DNA of 64,000 nucleotides, taken from assembly GCA_002269645.1 (NCBI GenBank), contig NIVC01003267.1:1-64000 (forward strand), written 5' to 3'. Below the pieces are notes generated by a model that saw only the letters and a program-made list of their open reading frames with translations, made no database searches and had not been told where the DNA came from. The position numbers were made by a program, and so were the translations under genes. The stretch is from Macrostomum lignano. Taxonomy: Eukaryota. This document shows, piece by piece, positions 19,613 through 32,031 of the stretch (the first letter of the stretch is position 1; each line of letters opens with the position of its first letter).

Positions 19613-20221
19613 GCCCCGGTTGTTTTTATTGTACATTTTCTATTGTTGTTTCTTACGTATTCGGAATATTATGTGGCAAACGATAATGAGCCGAACACTA
19701 ACCAGGTGATATATATCATGTATATACTTGTAGTTACTAACACAATTATATCTTTTCATCTGGATTTAATTGTATTTACTCAGTGCACAGGCTTGCGCGT
19801 CACCCTTCCCGCCGTGATGTGATCTGTGGTTTTTGGCTGTGCTTTTCAGCAGCAGTTTTTTACAGGCCAAGTGGCCTGTGAATTCAGCGAATCACCTGAC
19901 TGGCTGTGGTAGTGGCAATTTTTACCTGTCTTTTAATTATTCTTATGCTGCTCTTTGTCGAACAAAGACTGTTTTTACCGTCTTCAGTGCCGGTTTTGCG
20001 TGCACGAACCGATAAATTAACAGATAATATCATGTACCCTGCGCAATGCTTATAAATGTACATTGAATGGTTAGTGAAACATGCAAATATGATATGAAAT
20101 TTTACAAATTTTCTTATCGCCAGTTTATCCATCGAGCTGTTTGCCACTTCGGCTGCAACTAATGTCTGCTTTTAGTTCTCTTCTATGTAAATGCTTTTAT
20201 CTTATGTATTGCGTCTGCCAG

Positions 20222-22129
20222 TGCCAGCTAGGCAGGCAGCACTGGGCAGTGGACTGGGGACTGGCAGTGGACTTGCACTGGCACTGGGTCGTGGACTGGG
20301 GACTGGCAGTGGGCCGTGGACTGGGGACTGGCAGTGGACTTGCACTGGCACTGGGTCGTGGACTGAGGACTGGCAGTGGACTTGCACTGGCACTGGGTCG
20401 TGGACTGGGGACTGGCACTGGGCCGTGGACTGGGGACTGGCAGTGGACTTGCACTGGCACTGGGTCGTGGACTGAGGACTGGCAGTGGACTTGCACTGGC
20501 ACTGGGTCGTGGACTGGGGACTGGCACTGGGCCGTGGACTGGGGACTGGCAGTGGACTTGCACTGGCACTGGGTCGTGGACTGGGGACTGGCACTGGGCC
20601 GTGGACTGGCTGGCACTGGGCCGTGGACTGAGGACTGGCAGTGGACTTGCACTGGCACTGGACCGTGGACTGGGGACTGGCACTGGGCCGTGGACTGGGG
20701 ACTGGCAGTGGGCCGTGGACTGGGGACTGGCAATTGGACTGTGCAGTGTACTGGAGACTGACACTGGCACTGGGCATTGGACTAGCACTGAGCAGTGGAT
20801 TTGGCACTGGGCAGTGGACTGGGCACTGGCACTGCCACTTAGAGTTTAATGAACGACATGCACACCTGGCAAATTTTCTGAACTAACTGAAGCAGAGGAG
20901 GCGGCCCTGCTGATAGCAGGTGATGAGGCGCGATTAATCATGGCGAGATTTGGCCTTGGCAAGCCGTTTCCGGACCTCGTGAAGCATCGTGGCGGTAAAC
21001 AGTGGACTGGCAGTGGACTTGCACTGGCACTGGGTCGTGGACTGGGGACTGGCACTGGGCCGTGGACTGGGGACTGGCAGTGGACTTGCACTGGCACTGG
21101 GTCGTGGACTGAGGACTGGCAGTGGACTTGCACTGGCACTGGGTCGTGGACTGGGGACTGGCACTGGGCCGTGGACTGGGGACTGGCAGTGGACTTGCAC
21201 TGGCACTGGGTCGTGGACTGGGGACTGGCACTGGGCCGTGGACTGGGGACTGGCAGTGGACTTGCACTGGTACTGCACCGTGGACTGGGGACTGGCAGTG
21301 GACTTGCACTGGTACTGCACCGTGGACTGGGGACTGGCAGTGGACTTGCACTGGCACTGGGCCGTGGACTGAGGACTGGCAGTGGACTTGCACTGGCACT
21401 GGGCCGTGGACTGGGGACTGGCAGTGGACTTGCACTGGCACTGGGTCGTGGACTGAGGACTGGCAGTGGACTTGCACTGGCACTGGGTCGTGGACTGGGG
21501 ACTGGCACTGGGCCGTGGACTGGGGACTGGCAGTGGACTTGCACTGGCACTGGGTCGTGGACTGGGGACTGGCACTGGGCCGTGGACTGGGGACTGGCAG
21601 TGGACTTGCACTGGTACTGCACCGTGGACTGGGGACTGGCAGTGGACTTGCACTGGTACTGCACCGTGGACTGGGGACTGGCAGTGGACTTGCACTGGCA
21701 CTGGGCCGTGGACTGAGGACTGGCAGTGGACTTGCACTGGCACTGGGCCGTGGACTGAGGACTGGCAGTGGACTTGCACTGGCACTGGACCGTGGACTGG
21801 GGACTGGCACTGGGCCGTGGACTGGGGACTGGCAGTGGGCCGTGGACTGGGGGACTGGCAATTGGACTGTGCAGTGTACTGGAGACTGACACTGGCACTG
21901 GGCATTGGACTAGCACTGAGCAGTGGATTTGGCACTGGGCAGTGGACTGGGCACTGACACTGCCACTTAGAGTTTAATGAACGACATGCACACCTGGCAA
22001 ATTTTCTGAACTAACTGAAGCAGAGGAGGCGGCCCTGCTGATAGCAGGTGATGAGGCGCGATTAATCATGGCGAGATTTGGCCTTGGCAAGCCGTTTCCG
22101 GACCTCGTGAAGCATCGTGGCGGTAAACA
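20222..22129 (+). repeat. Compound GC-rich minisatellite with a tandem segmental duplication
   Basis: GCACTGGG(C/T)CGTGGACTG(G/A)GGACTGGCAGTGGACTT units; a 163-bp unique block is duplicated at 20839-21001 and 21967-22129. Confidence 0.93.
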
Positions 22130-22394
22130 ATTTGGCGCTGAAACTTCTTTCCGTTTAGAGGGCCGCACAAACAGTTTACTAATTTTGTCAATTAATCTGT
22201 TAAAGCTGGATAGCGTTTTAGTTTTCCGCAGACACGGCTTTAATTTTCACAGTTTGCATGGGAAACTTTAAAATTCTACTGCGTCACTGGCATTTCTACT
22301 AGAATTGCCTATTGCCGTTGTTCACCGGAGCCCAGTTTGATGCTGTCTGAGCTCGCAGTTCCTCGGTGCATTTTCAGCTCACAGACACCAGAAA

Positions 22395-23310
22395 TTCACA
22401 GCCCACATTCACTGCCTTCTCTGTCCCGCATTCACTGCCTTCTCCGTCCCGCATTCACTGCCTTCTCCATCCCTCATTCACTGCCTTCTCCATCCCACAT
22501 TCACTGCCTTCTCCGTCCCGCATTCACTGCCTTCTCCATCACACATTCACTGCCTTCTCCGTCCCGCATTCACTGCCTTCTCCATCCCTCATTCACTGCC
22601 TTCTCCGTCCCGCATTCACTGCCTTCTCCATCACACATTCACTGCCTTCTCCATCCCACATTCACTGCCTTCTCCGTCCCGCATTCACTGCCTTCTCCAT
22701 CACACATTCACTGCCTTCTCCATCCCACATTCACTGCCTTCTCCAGCCCACATTCACTGCCTTCTCCGTCCCGCATTCACTGCCTTCTCCATCCCTCATT
22801 CACTGCCTTCTCCATCCCACATTCACTGCCTTCTCCAGCCCACATTCACTACCTTCTCCATCCCTCATTCACTGCCTTCTCCATCCCACATTCACTGCCT
22901 TCTCCGTCCCGCATTCACTGCCTTCTCCATCACACATTCACTGCCTTCTCCATCCCACATTCACTGCCTTCTCCATCCCACATTCACTGCCTTCTCCAGC
23001 CCACATTCACTGCCTTCTCCATCCCTCATTCACTGCCTTCTCCATCCCACATTCACTGCCTTCTCCGTCCCGCATTCACTGCCTTCTCCGTCCCGCATTC
23101 ACTGCCTTCTCCATCACACATTCACTGCCTTCTCCATCCCTCATTCACTGCCTTCTCCATCCCACATTCACTGCCTTCTCCAGCCCACATTCACTGCCTT
23201 CTCCATCCCTCATTCACTGCCTTCTCCATCCCACATTCACTGCCTTCTCCATCCCACATTCACTGCCTTCTCCAGCCAACATTCACTGCCTTCTCCGGCC
23301 CTCATTCAGT
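22395..23310 (+). repeat. 23-bp minisatellite, about 39 copies
   Basis: Unit C(A/G/T)CATTCACTGCCTTCTCC(A/G)TCC. Confidence 0.96.
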
Positions 23311-23725
23311 GCCTTCATAACGAAAATAAATTTATTTACGTTTTGTTTTTTGCCTTCTAGAAATTAGTTCAACATGTGAACAGACATATGTAAGCAGCTT
23401 TAAGCAACGTGAGAAAGCGTTTATTGTGTTTTTTCAACAGACTACGACTACTACTACTTTAAACAGTGTACATGTAAATACTAAACGAACCTGCGTAATG
23501 GAAACTTCCGATTTAACTAAAAAGCGAAAACATTTTGTTTTAACTATGAGTATTATCGAAGATGCCAGATGCCCATTTGTTAATTTTAAATATAAGCTAC
23601 TTTAGTCACGCTTAAATGATGATAAGTGGGACCAATATTAGAACATGCGGACGCGCATTTACACGCACCCGCGAAGACCACAGAGACAGATTTAAAGCCT
23701 GAAGTTGGAGGTACCGCCAGCACGA

Positions 23726-24277
23726 TCAGTCCAGAAACCTGATGTTCAGCAGGTCCTTCTTGTCCGCCATCGCCCTCTCGAAGTCGGCGAAGGTGATGAA
23801 GCTGCCGCCGTTGCTGGCGTTCGCGATGGTTTGCTCAGCCAGCTGTCGCACATTCTGCGGATTCGTGTCCTTGCCGAGCAGGTCGCGGAGCACAGTCTGC
23901 AGGTCGTCCACGGAGATGACTCCGTCGCAGTCGCCATCGTAGAAGTTGAAGAGGAAGCGCAGCAGCTGGCCGCGCCGCAACTCCTCCTGCTTGGCGTCGC
24001 CGTCGGCCCTGAATATTGACAGGAGCCGGACAAAGTCCGTGAAGTTGATTCGCTCCTGAGCGGCGAAGAAGCTGGCGACCACCCGGCTGCCGACCGGGTT
24101 GATGCACACCTCAGGAATTCGCTCCAGATCCACCGGACTCAGCGCCCCGTCGCTGGTCTTGTCCAGGCTGATGAACCGGCTGTACAGGCGCTGCAGCTCC
24201 TCCCGGGTGAAGCTGCTTTCCGCGGACAAGCGGTCCGCGTCCTGCTCATCCAACTGCACAGACTGTGAGCTGCCCAT
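23726..24277 (-). CDS. CHP: Calcineurin B homologous protein (EF-hand Ca2+-binding protein), intronless
   Basis: N-myristoylation start MGSSQS, LYSRFISLDKTSDG, INPVGSRVV, INFTDFVRLLS and an EF-hand FYDGDCDGVISVDDL. Confidence 0.88.
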   Translation of the reverse strand: MGSSQSVQLDEQDADRLSAESSFTREELQRLYSRFISLDKTSDGALSPVDLERIPEVCINPVGSRVVASFFAAQERINFTDFVRLLSIFRADGDAKQEELRRGQLLRFLFNFYDGDCDGVISVDDLQTVLRDLLGKDTNPQNVRQLAEQTIANASNGGSFITFADFERAMADKKDLLNIRFLD

Positions 24278-25078
24278 GGTGTTTACTGGGTTGTAGTACG
24301 GCTCTGGCCGGGCCTGTGCCTCACGCCCCCGAGCCCCACCATTATACAGAACTTGGCAGGCTTCTCTGCCACTTCACTCCGTGCAGCTCCGATAAAGCTA
24401 CTGGCTCAGATTAGACAGCAGTTACTCGTGGAGAAGGGGAGCTTCTTGTTTACACGTGATTAGAACAGTGTCCAGGCAGTCACGCAGATAAAGACTGCAC
24501 AAGCTGTTGGTGCCGATGCAAAATACTGTAGCTCTATGTACACGCAACACGCACGTGACTTACAAGTACAACATATTTCGAGCTTATTGTTATCTCGCTT
24601 TCGTGAGCACAAGGGTGCGCAACTACGGTACACACAGTGTTAATAGCTGTTGAATACTAAATAATGTCCGATATGTACAGTACAGCGTCACTACCCACGT
24701 AGTGTACCTCTAGTTCGCACAGTGAACCTTTGTTTTGGTATCCAGGAACTACAACTATGATAACTACTTCAACATAGAGTCCTGGGAGCCCAGCGGGGAT
24801 GCCAACTGGACCCGAAAATGGAAGCGTCTCAGTCAGCGCTAGTTAGTATAACATTGAAATTTGGGGATCATCATCACTATGGGATCAGACAAAGAACCAA
24901 CTTCCCTATCTGGGACCAAGTTAGCCTCTCTTTTAACTATTTTTGGCCACCAAGAGCAGATCAGTTTGCAATGCCGCGTACAAAATTACAGCTGCCTAAT
25001 ACTAGAGCACAATTTTATTATTTTACGAGTACAATGCAGATTCCACCAGATGCAGAACCAGATACTGAGTATCGCTGC

Positions 25079-26056
25079 TTAATTGATGATCCCACCATCG
25101 ATGCAGTTCAGTGCCGAAATCAGCGGGTGTGCCAGCTGCACCAGGTGCATGTTGAAATCGTGCACCCCGAACGACTGGTAGCCGCAGGCGCTGCACCGCC
25201 AAACGCTCTGCGGATCGTGGTACTGCCTGTGATGGCTGTACAGGCTCTTGTCGGGGAAGCCGATCCCGCAGTAACTGCACAGCCATTGCTGCCTGCCGTA
25301 GGCTTCGTCGTGCTGCACCGGCTGCTGAGGCTCTGTGTCATTCGGCTGTGGCCGCGGACGACCTCGGCCGTTTGGTTGCGACTGCTTCTTCGAGCTCAGC
25401 TTGCGCCGGTATGCCTGCGGCTGCGTGCTGGGCGGCGCTGGCGTCGGCTGCAGCGGGCCTCCAATCCACGGGGCCTGCTGCGTGCAGCTCCCGCCTTGGC
25501 TTGGGGCCGGCTGGCAGTTGGAAGCGCAGGGGCGACTGGAACCGTAGGTGCAAGGATACGGCTGGTAGCGGTCCTCCCTGTGCTGCATGTACAGAGAGCT
25601 GTAAGGGTCCATGAAGCCACTGTAAGAGATCTGTTGCCGCTGGTAGCTGTGATATCGATGAGGCTGGTATGGGTTCGGCTGAAGCTGCTGAGCTGGCAGA
25701 CGCTGTGTCTCGTCGGAGCTCGGAATTCTTAATGAGCAGAGATTCTGGCTACTTCCATTGCTCTGCCGGCGGAGTGGCATTGGCACCTGCTGCGCGGGCG
25801 CTGGCAGATTGGCGACGCTGGGCACCGCCACGGATGCCGCTGGCGTTGAAGTGCTCGGTGCAGGCTTTGCGACTGTCGACTTCTGGGCTGCGGACTGCAG
25901 GCGGCGTCCCTCGCTAACTGGCAGCTGGTGGTGCGTGTCACCATTGTCCGTTAAGCAGTGCATGCGGATGTAGCGCTTGCTGGGCGATGGGATAAGCCGC
26001 CTAAGCTGCATCTCCATCACGTCAAGCGGGTGGCTCTTGAAGAACTCCTTTGTTGC
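25079..26056 (-). CDS. Terminal exon of a C2H2 zinc-finger protein with an Ikaros/Hunchback-type C-terminal finger pair
   Basis: CSYCGIGFPDKSLYSHHRQYH..WRCSACGYQS..DFNMHLVQLAH; acceptor TTTCCAG at 26057; in-frame upstream exon ending at 26676 (GAG|GTACGA). Confidence 0.75.
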   Translation of the reverse strand, partial: ATKEFFKSHPLDVMEMQLRRLIPSPSKRYIRMHCLTDNGDTHHQLPVSEGRRLQSAAQKSTVAKPAPSTSTPAASVAVPSVANLPAPAQQVPMPLRRQSNGSSQNLCSLRIPSSDETQRLPAQQLQPNPYQPHRYHSYQRQQISYSGFMDPYSSLYMQHREDRYQPYPCTYGSSRPCASNCQPAPSQGGSCTQQAPWIGGPLQPTPAPPSTQPQAYRRKLSSKKQSQPNGRGRPRPQPNDTEPQQPVQHDEAYGRQQWLCSYCGIGFPDKSLYSHHRQYHDPQSVWRCSACGYQSFGVHDFNMHLVQLAHPLISALNCIDGGIIN

Positions 26057-26094
26057 CTGGAAAGTGCGTTCGAGTTGGTAAAATTTTGTGAATG

Positions 26095-26682
26095 ACTACA
26101 AGTGCCTTATTCGGATGTATGACAGCTGTACTGTTTCACTCGTACCTCAGCCATGACTAAGTGCCTTACTCAGATCTATAACAGCTGTACTGTTTCACTC
26201 GTACCTCAGCCATGACTAAGTGCCTTACTCCGATCTATAATAGCTGTACTGTTTCACTCGTACCTCAGCCATGACTAAGTGCCTTACTCAGATCTATAAC
26301 AGCTGTACTGTTTCACTCGTACCTCAGCCATGACTAAGTGCCTTACTCAGATCTATAACAGCTGTACTGTTTCACTCGTACCTCAGCCATGACTAAGTGC
26401 CTTACTCCGACTATAATAGCTGTACTGTTTCACTCGTACCTCAGCCATGACTAAGTGCCTTACTCAGATCTATAACAGCTGTACTGTTTCACTCGTACCT
26501 CAGCCATGACTAAGTGCCTTACTCCGATCTATAACAGCTGTACTGTTTCACTCGTACCTCAGCCATGACTAAGTGCCTTACTCAGATCTATAACAGCTGT
26601 ACTGTTTCACTCGTACCTCAGCCATGACTAAGTGCCTTACTCCGATCTATAACAGCTGTACTGTTTCACTCGTACCTCAGCC
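26095..26682 (+). repeat. 59-bp intronic minisatellite, about 10 copies, containing the exon end and splice donor
   Basis: Unit AGTGCCTTACTC(A/C)GATCTATAACAGCTGTACTGTTTCACTCGTACCTCAGCCATGACTA. Confidence 0.95.
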
Positions 26683-26800
26683 AGAGTGTCCACCTTCTCG
26701 GCCAGAATCTTCGGTGTCGACGGCAAAGCCTCCTCGCTGGTGACGTCGGCGCTTACCAAGACTGGAGGCTTATCTGGAGACAAAATGGAAAGATTTCGTC
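26676..26800 (-). CDS. Probable upstream exon of the zinc-finger gene (5' boundary uncertain)
   Basis: DKPPVLVSADVTSEEALPSTPKILAEKVDTLAE joins in phase 0 to ATKEFFKSHPLDVMEM. Confidence 0.5.
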
Positions 26801-27089
26801 TTCTATGGCTTGAAGATTTCTTTGCAAATTCTGCTGCAGCAAATAGCATAAGAAAAGCACCCAGCAGTTTGTCTGCGGTGAAAACCATGTTCGCTTGCAA
26901 ATCAAGGTCTCTGGGCCCTGGCGCAAGTCAGGGAACAGTCGACCCGCAGCCAGCGAGGAGACGGGCAGCCATGCACACTCCGCCTACTTTCTCATCGCCA
27001 GGCATGTACTGTCTTGAGGGTTGGCCCCCATTGACGGGAATCGCACAAGCCTCCTGGCCAATTTCCCACACGAGCCGGGAATCAATGCT

Positions 27090-27148
27090 ACTGCGCACGG
27101 AATCGAACCCGGGATACTTCGGCGCGAAAGCCAGATCGACGCGTTAAT
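27090..27148 (-). other. tRNA-derived fragment with a B box (possible SINE head relic), truncated by a MITE
   Basis: CCCGGGTTCGATTCC on the minus strand; no complete cloverleaf. Confidence 0.35.
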
Positions 27149-27149
27149 C

Positions 27150-27473
27150 CAGGGGCGTCGCCACCGGGGGGGAGAGAGAGGGGGGGGGGCGCCAATGCTT
27201 TGTCCCCCCCCACCAAACCTTGTGACCCGTTATGGAAATCAATAATTTTGCTTCAGGGCGAGAGCCTGCGGCGCTAAAATGAGTGGCCAGCGGCGCCAAA
27301 ATGAGTGCCTGTGGCGCTAAAATAAGAGCCTGTGGCGCTAAAATGAGTGCCTGTGGCGTCAAAATGAGTGCCTGTGGCGCTAAAATAAGAGCCTGTGGCG
27401 TCAAAATGAGTGCCTTTGGCGCTAAAATGAGTGGCTTGTGGCGCCAAAATAAGCGCTGACAACGCCGATTCTG
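27150..27473. mobile_element. hAT-like MITE with internal 21-bp repeats
   Basis: Left end CAGGGGCGTCGCCA; (G/A)CCTGTGGCG(C/T)(T/C)AAAAT repeats at 27265-27455; right TIR degenerate, no TSD found. Confidence 0.5.
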
Positions 27474-30400
27474 AACATAATGTTACATGTAGAATTCTTG
27501 GCTTTGTCTCCCACCACCGCTCCTGGCGTTAACCTCTGAGCTGCTCCGCCCTGAGCCTCTTACCGCTAGTCTGACTGTCTGTTCGCTCGTCCAGCTCCTG
27601 CGGGTTTACTTCGTCAATGACAAAAAATTCTCCCTCAGCGATGCTCAGGCTGTCATCCTCGTCTTCGCACTCCTGCTGCCTCGGCAAGCCGCCAGATGCT
27701 GAAGACGTCGGGTCCTTCCTTGCCACCGCGGCGGGTCCTGACGAGTCCTGTTGGTTGGTTGAGCCGCCCCCGGTGTCCATCAGGTCTACAGGTGGGCCAG
27801 TTCTGTGACAGAATCGCGGCATCTTTTTAGCTGCTCCATGTCGGAATTGGGGAGGCTCAGGCTGCGAGCCGCTGGGAAGGCGGGTCATAAATGCATCCCC
27901 TGCCGGCTGTATGGATAATCAGCCTGCATGGTCTGGCTTGTCATTTGGGCCTCTGGGAGCTGGGAACGGTAGCAGAAGGCGGAGGCAGGAGGGGCACGCA
28001 CCAGAGACCCAATCGGCTGAGCAGGTGGGCTGGGCCACGCTGCAGAATAGGGTAGTCACGCAAACACGGAATTGGCGGAGGGACGTCGGGGGGAGTTAAG
28101 TTCTGCGCTGCTAGAGATGCATCAGATGGGAGAAAGCTGGGGGTAGCAAAAGATAGGGGGAATATACACAGTCTCTTCCCCTTCCGTATGCATTTTAACT
28201 GCAGGAGTAGATCAGTGCACTGCAACCACATCAGAGGTGTGGAGCTCAGCATAATGCAGCACGCCTCTCTCTTGCTTCTTTCAGGGGGAGCCTGGGGAGC
28301 GCCCCCCCCCCCGACCCAGCGCATATTCTGCAAACAACTACCGGCCCTGGACTACTGTACTCCCATGGATACCCATTGGGCATGGTAAGCTCCAGCTTGC
28401 GCCCTCACACCATCCAATAGGCGAGTTCCGCGTCGCAGCCGGTGCGATCGCTGCTCTCATTAAAGACTGGCATTAGAGCGAAATTTGACACCCACCTCAA
28501 TATCGCTAATCGTGTAGAGCAGCTATAGCTATATTCTCCCATGCATATTCTTGCGAATTTGACTATTCATGCCGTTAGCAATGGCCGGATCGGGCGTGCA
28601 TCAGCCTAGCTCGTACTAGGGAATTGTGTACTCTGGACTAGGGGCAGAAGCTTTTCAGGTTACTGCAAAAAGCAGTCTACTGCACTCAGCAGCATGTTCG
28701 ATCAAGTTTCCACTGGGAAACCATGCAGTGGTCAGTCAGCAAATGGTAGCTTTCATCCAACTCTAGCCACAGCTCTCCACTCTCTCCTCACCAGTCTGGG
28801 GCCTTGTGACGCAATTATTGCATCACCCACAGTGAGGTGTGAATTGCACCACTTTGGGGCTGAGATCTGAGACTTGTTGAGCACTGCATATATAGCTGGG
28901 TTCGGGATAGAAAATTTAGCCTGTTTCTGAAGTGAGTTTGCTTCAATTGAATCTTGTAGAATTCAGTGAAGAAATATATAGTGTATAATTCCGAGACCCC
29001 CAGAGCTCGCCAGCGCAAGGTCGAATCTCCTTTGCTTCGTCCTTGCAATGTCGATGCATGCCATTTATAATCTCAGCAATGTTCCTAATTATCGGCTATG
29101 ATATTGACAGCAGAAAGAATTCCCTGGCAATTAGCAGGTTGGCTTGGAGCCTGCTCGTCTAAAACAAGATTTCGAGAGAGCTGGTTCGATGAGCCAATTC
29201 ACACGGGTTGGTGGCGGGTGGATTAGCTTTTATAATATCCGGATTAGCTGATTTCTGCGTGTGTAAGTGTGTGTAATTTTTTGCGTCTATGGCGAAACGG
29301 CCCATTCATGAATGCAGCTATATGCATTCTCAGATCATACTATTTATGATAGTATGCTGATGCTATTGACTGATGCTATTGGTAAGACAAACGAGTATAT
29401 ATTTAGCGGTCATAAACTCCTAACTAAATTCGATGCAACGTTGAAAGTGCATCGGACTACTCAAACCATGATTTGCCGAGTATTTCGTCCCAATTTTTTG
29501 GTTAAAATTAAATATATATATATACATGTAGTAGTACTATAGTCTGTGAAAAGACCCCTCCCTGACTGCGCGATACTTGAGCCATAGTGAGGGCAGATCC
29601 GGTGTCTTAGAACTTTATATGGCTCGGTTTGACTCCTACACAAACCTTCTCAATCAGAGGGGACTCAAATTTACTCAAGAAGAAGCCACTTTTCTATAAG
29701 CGCAATTTGTTTTAAATTCTTCGCAAAATCGTTGTATTGGCAGCGAATTACTGACAGTAGCCCGAAGTGGGTTATTTTTCATTATGTAAAAGTAGCAAAT
29801 TATAAAGGCCTATTTAATTCAGTAGAAAAGCAGCCGCTCAGCGGCTCAGCGGCTGATTGTAGCGGCATTAGTGTAGACCGCTCAGCCAGAGCTGACTGAC
29901 AGACGGCCTACTCTCCACTAAGGAACCAGACAGTCGAAGCATACCCATTCCTGAATCCAAATTTGTTTGAATCTTTATGGAAATTCAACGCGCGCTTTCA
30001 AACCCGCTGCGTAAGTTCTGCCATGAAAATTAAAGGTTGGAATTTGAAGAACATGGTTTGGAGCGCTGAAAGCCAAATAGATCAACAGCAACGACACTCA
30101 AAACTCCCCGGACCATAATATTACCACTCGGAAAATTAAATTTTGTGAACCAGGCACGCACAGTCAAGGGGAAAATTAATTTTTTGCTGAGATACTTTTA
30201 CTAGCTGTCTGCTTGTATTGTCTTGTCTTTTAATTACTAACTACACTTTGACTTTAGCCTTGAGCTTGAGACGTTAAATTGTGTTGCATCAGGCCGATAT
30301 TACTAGCGTATGAGTTAATAATTGTCTGTTCATTAGGCCTCACTATTAGTATTAATTTTCTCATTGCTAATGCTATTTAGTATTTGATAGGCCTACTGAT

Positions 30401-30747
30401 ATTAGTGTCTAGTGATAGGCTATCAATAAATATCAACTTTTTCTTGTCAATAGGCTCTAGTCTAAGAGCCTACTTATCAATCACTATTGCCAAAAGGCCT
30501 TTCTTAAATGCAAATATTAACAGAATCCTTAGCTTAGGTAAAACCTAAATAAATATAAAGAATATAAATATTTTTGTCTCTGGGTCTTTATGTTTAAGAC
30601 AAAAAACTCATAAGCTATTTTTTCCTTTTTCTAATTGAATTAATGGCAATCTTTTGGATGATGATCATTTCTGAACTTACTAGTTTTGGTAGACAATCAC
30701 ATTGAAGTTTGTCTCTATTCTCTGTTCAAACAAAAACTAAAATGTTT

Positions 30748-31619
30748 GGCAATCTTCAAGTTTCGTTCTTTAAATTATTTTTTCAATGATTTCTGAACTG
30801 TCTTGCTCTGAGATGATTATTTTCGAGCTCTCCAGTGTACCCAGCCCTTTCCTAGCTGAGAAAGTAGCAGTTTTGTTAATATTGTATATCTAATGTACTG
30901 TAAAGCCATTGGTAGGCAAAGGAATGTCTATGGCCCATATTATGGTAACGTAATGATGACGTGGCTTTCACTGACGTGGCATTTTAGCAAAGAATGTCTA
31001 TGGGGAATAAAGATGCTACTGTACGCAGCTTTAGGAGTGGCATGGAGTAATATCATAAGCAGTTAATAGACAAGCAGCTAATACACTATAAGACTAATAC
31101 ACTATGGTAGGACAACCAGCGGCACCCACTTTTATTGTACCAGTAGCACAAGTGCAACCAGCTGCAGCTTTGTGCGACATCACCTTGACAATGCGGAAAC
31201 TGGCTGTGATTACGGCAACAACAAGGGATACCATGAATTGGATGGCCAAATACCATCTAATTGCCAACCAGCAAGTGTGTGCCAATTGTCCGGCCACTCA
31301 ACTTTGGCTGCAGCTTCGTCAAGGTGACCGCTTTACTGATGGCTACGCTTGGGCTTGCACCAACTGCCATGGGCAGGTGTCCATCCGAAATGTCAGTGAA
31401 AGCCACGTCATCATTACGTTACCGTAATATGGGCCATAGACATTCCTTTGCCTACCAACGGCTTTACGGTACATTAGATATACAATATTAACAAAACTGC
31501 TACTTTCTCAGCTAGGAAAGGGCTGGGTACACTGGAGAGCTCGAAAATAATCATCTTAGAGCAAGATAGTTCAGAAATCATTGAAAAAATAATTTAACAA
31601 ACGAAACTTGAAGATTGCC
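30748..31619 (+). mobile_element. Non-autonomous Merlin (IS1016/ISXO2-like) element with TIRs of about 240 bp and a retained N-terminal transposase ORF (31104-31427)
   Basis: GGCAATCTTC..GAAGATTGCC termini; 8-bp TSD AAATGTTT (30740-30747 and 31620-31627); ORF with LIANQQVCANC..DGYAWACTNC..VSIR zinc ribbon. Confidence 0.88.
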
Positions 31620-32031
31620 AAATGTTTATATAGGCCAAAGTTATAAGTTATTTAAGTATATCACTATATCAGTCTACATATATTCATTCAGTTTTAGAAG
31701 GTGATTATTTAAATTATAATATCAGGCAATTATTATAGGGATATAGACCTATGTATGCAACCTTGGTCTTAGGAATCATCTAGCCATTTTCTATTGGCAT
31801 TATGCACATAATTTGCTTTTGCCTAAGAGTAGTCATATGACTACTATTCTATCCAATAAGAACTTACATATATATTTTGCAAATAGAAATAGCCTGGTAA
31901 ATCCATAGGTTATACCCAAGCATAGGCAATTATATTAAAATCCTATATTTAGAATATTCTAATTGTTTGCTAAATAAGTTGGACTATACTCTATAATTTC
32001 ATTTAAACAATTAACATGTATTAAAATTGTT

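Noticed and set aside
19158-23367. Long Pro/Ser/His/Trp-rich ORFs on both strands
   Set aside because: They are translations of stop-free minisatellites, open in several frames at once.
24818-25732. 304-aa plus-strand ORF
   Set aside because: Antisense shadow of the GC-rich zinc-finger exon.
27529-27888. 119-aa acidic ORF (SIAEGEFFVIDEV)
   Set aside because: It could be another zinc-finger gene exon or an element relic, but no splice support or family motif could be established.
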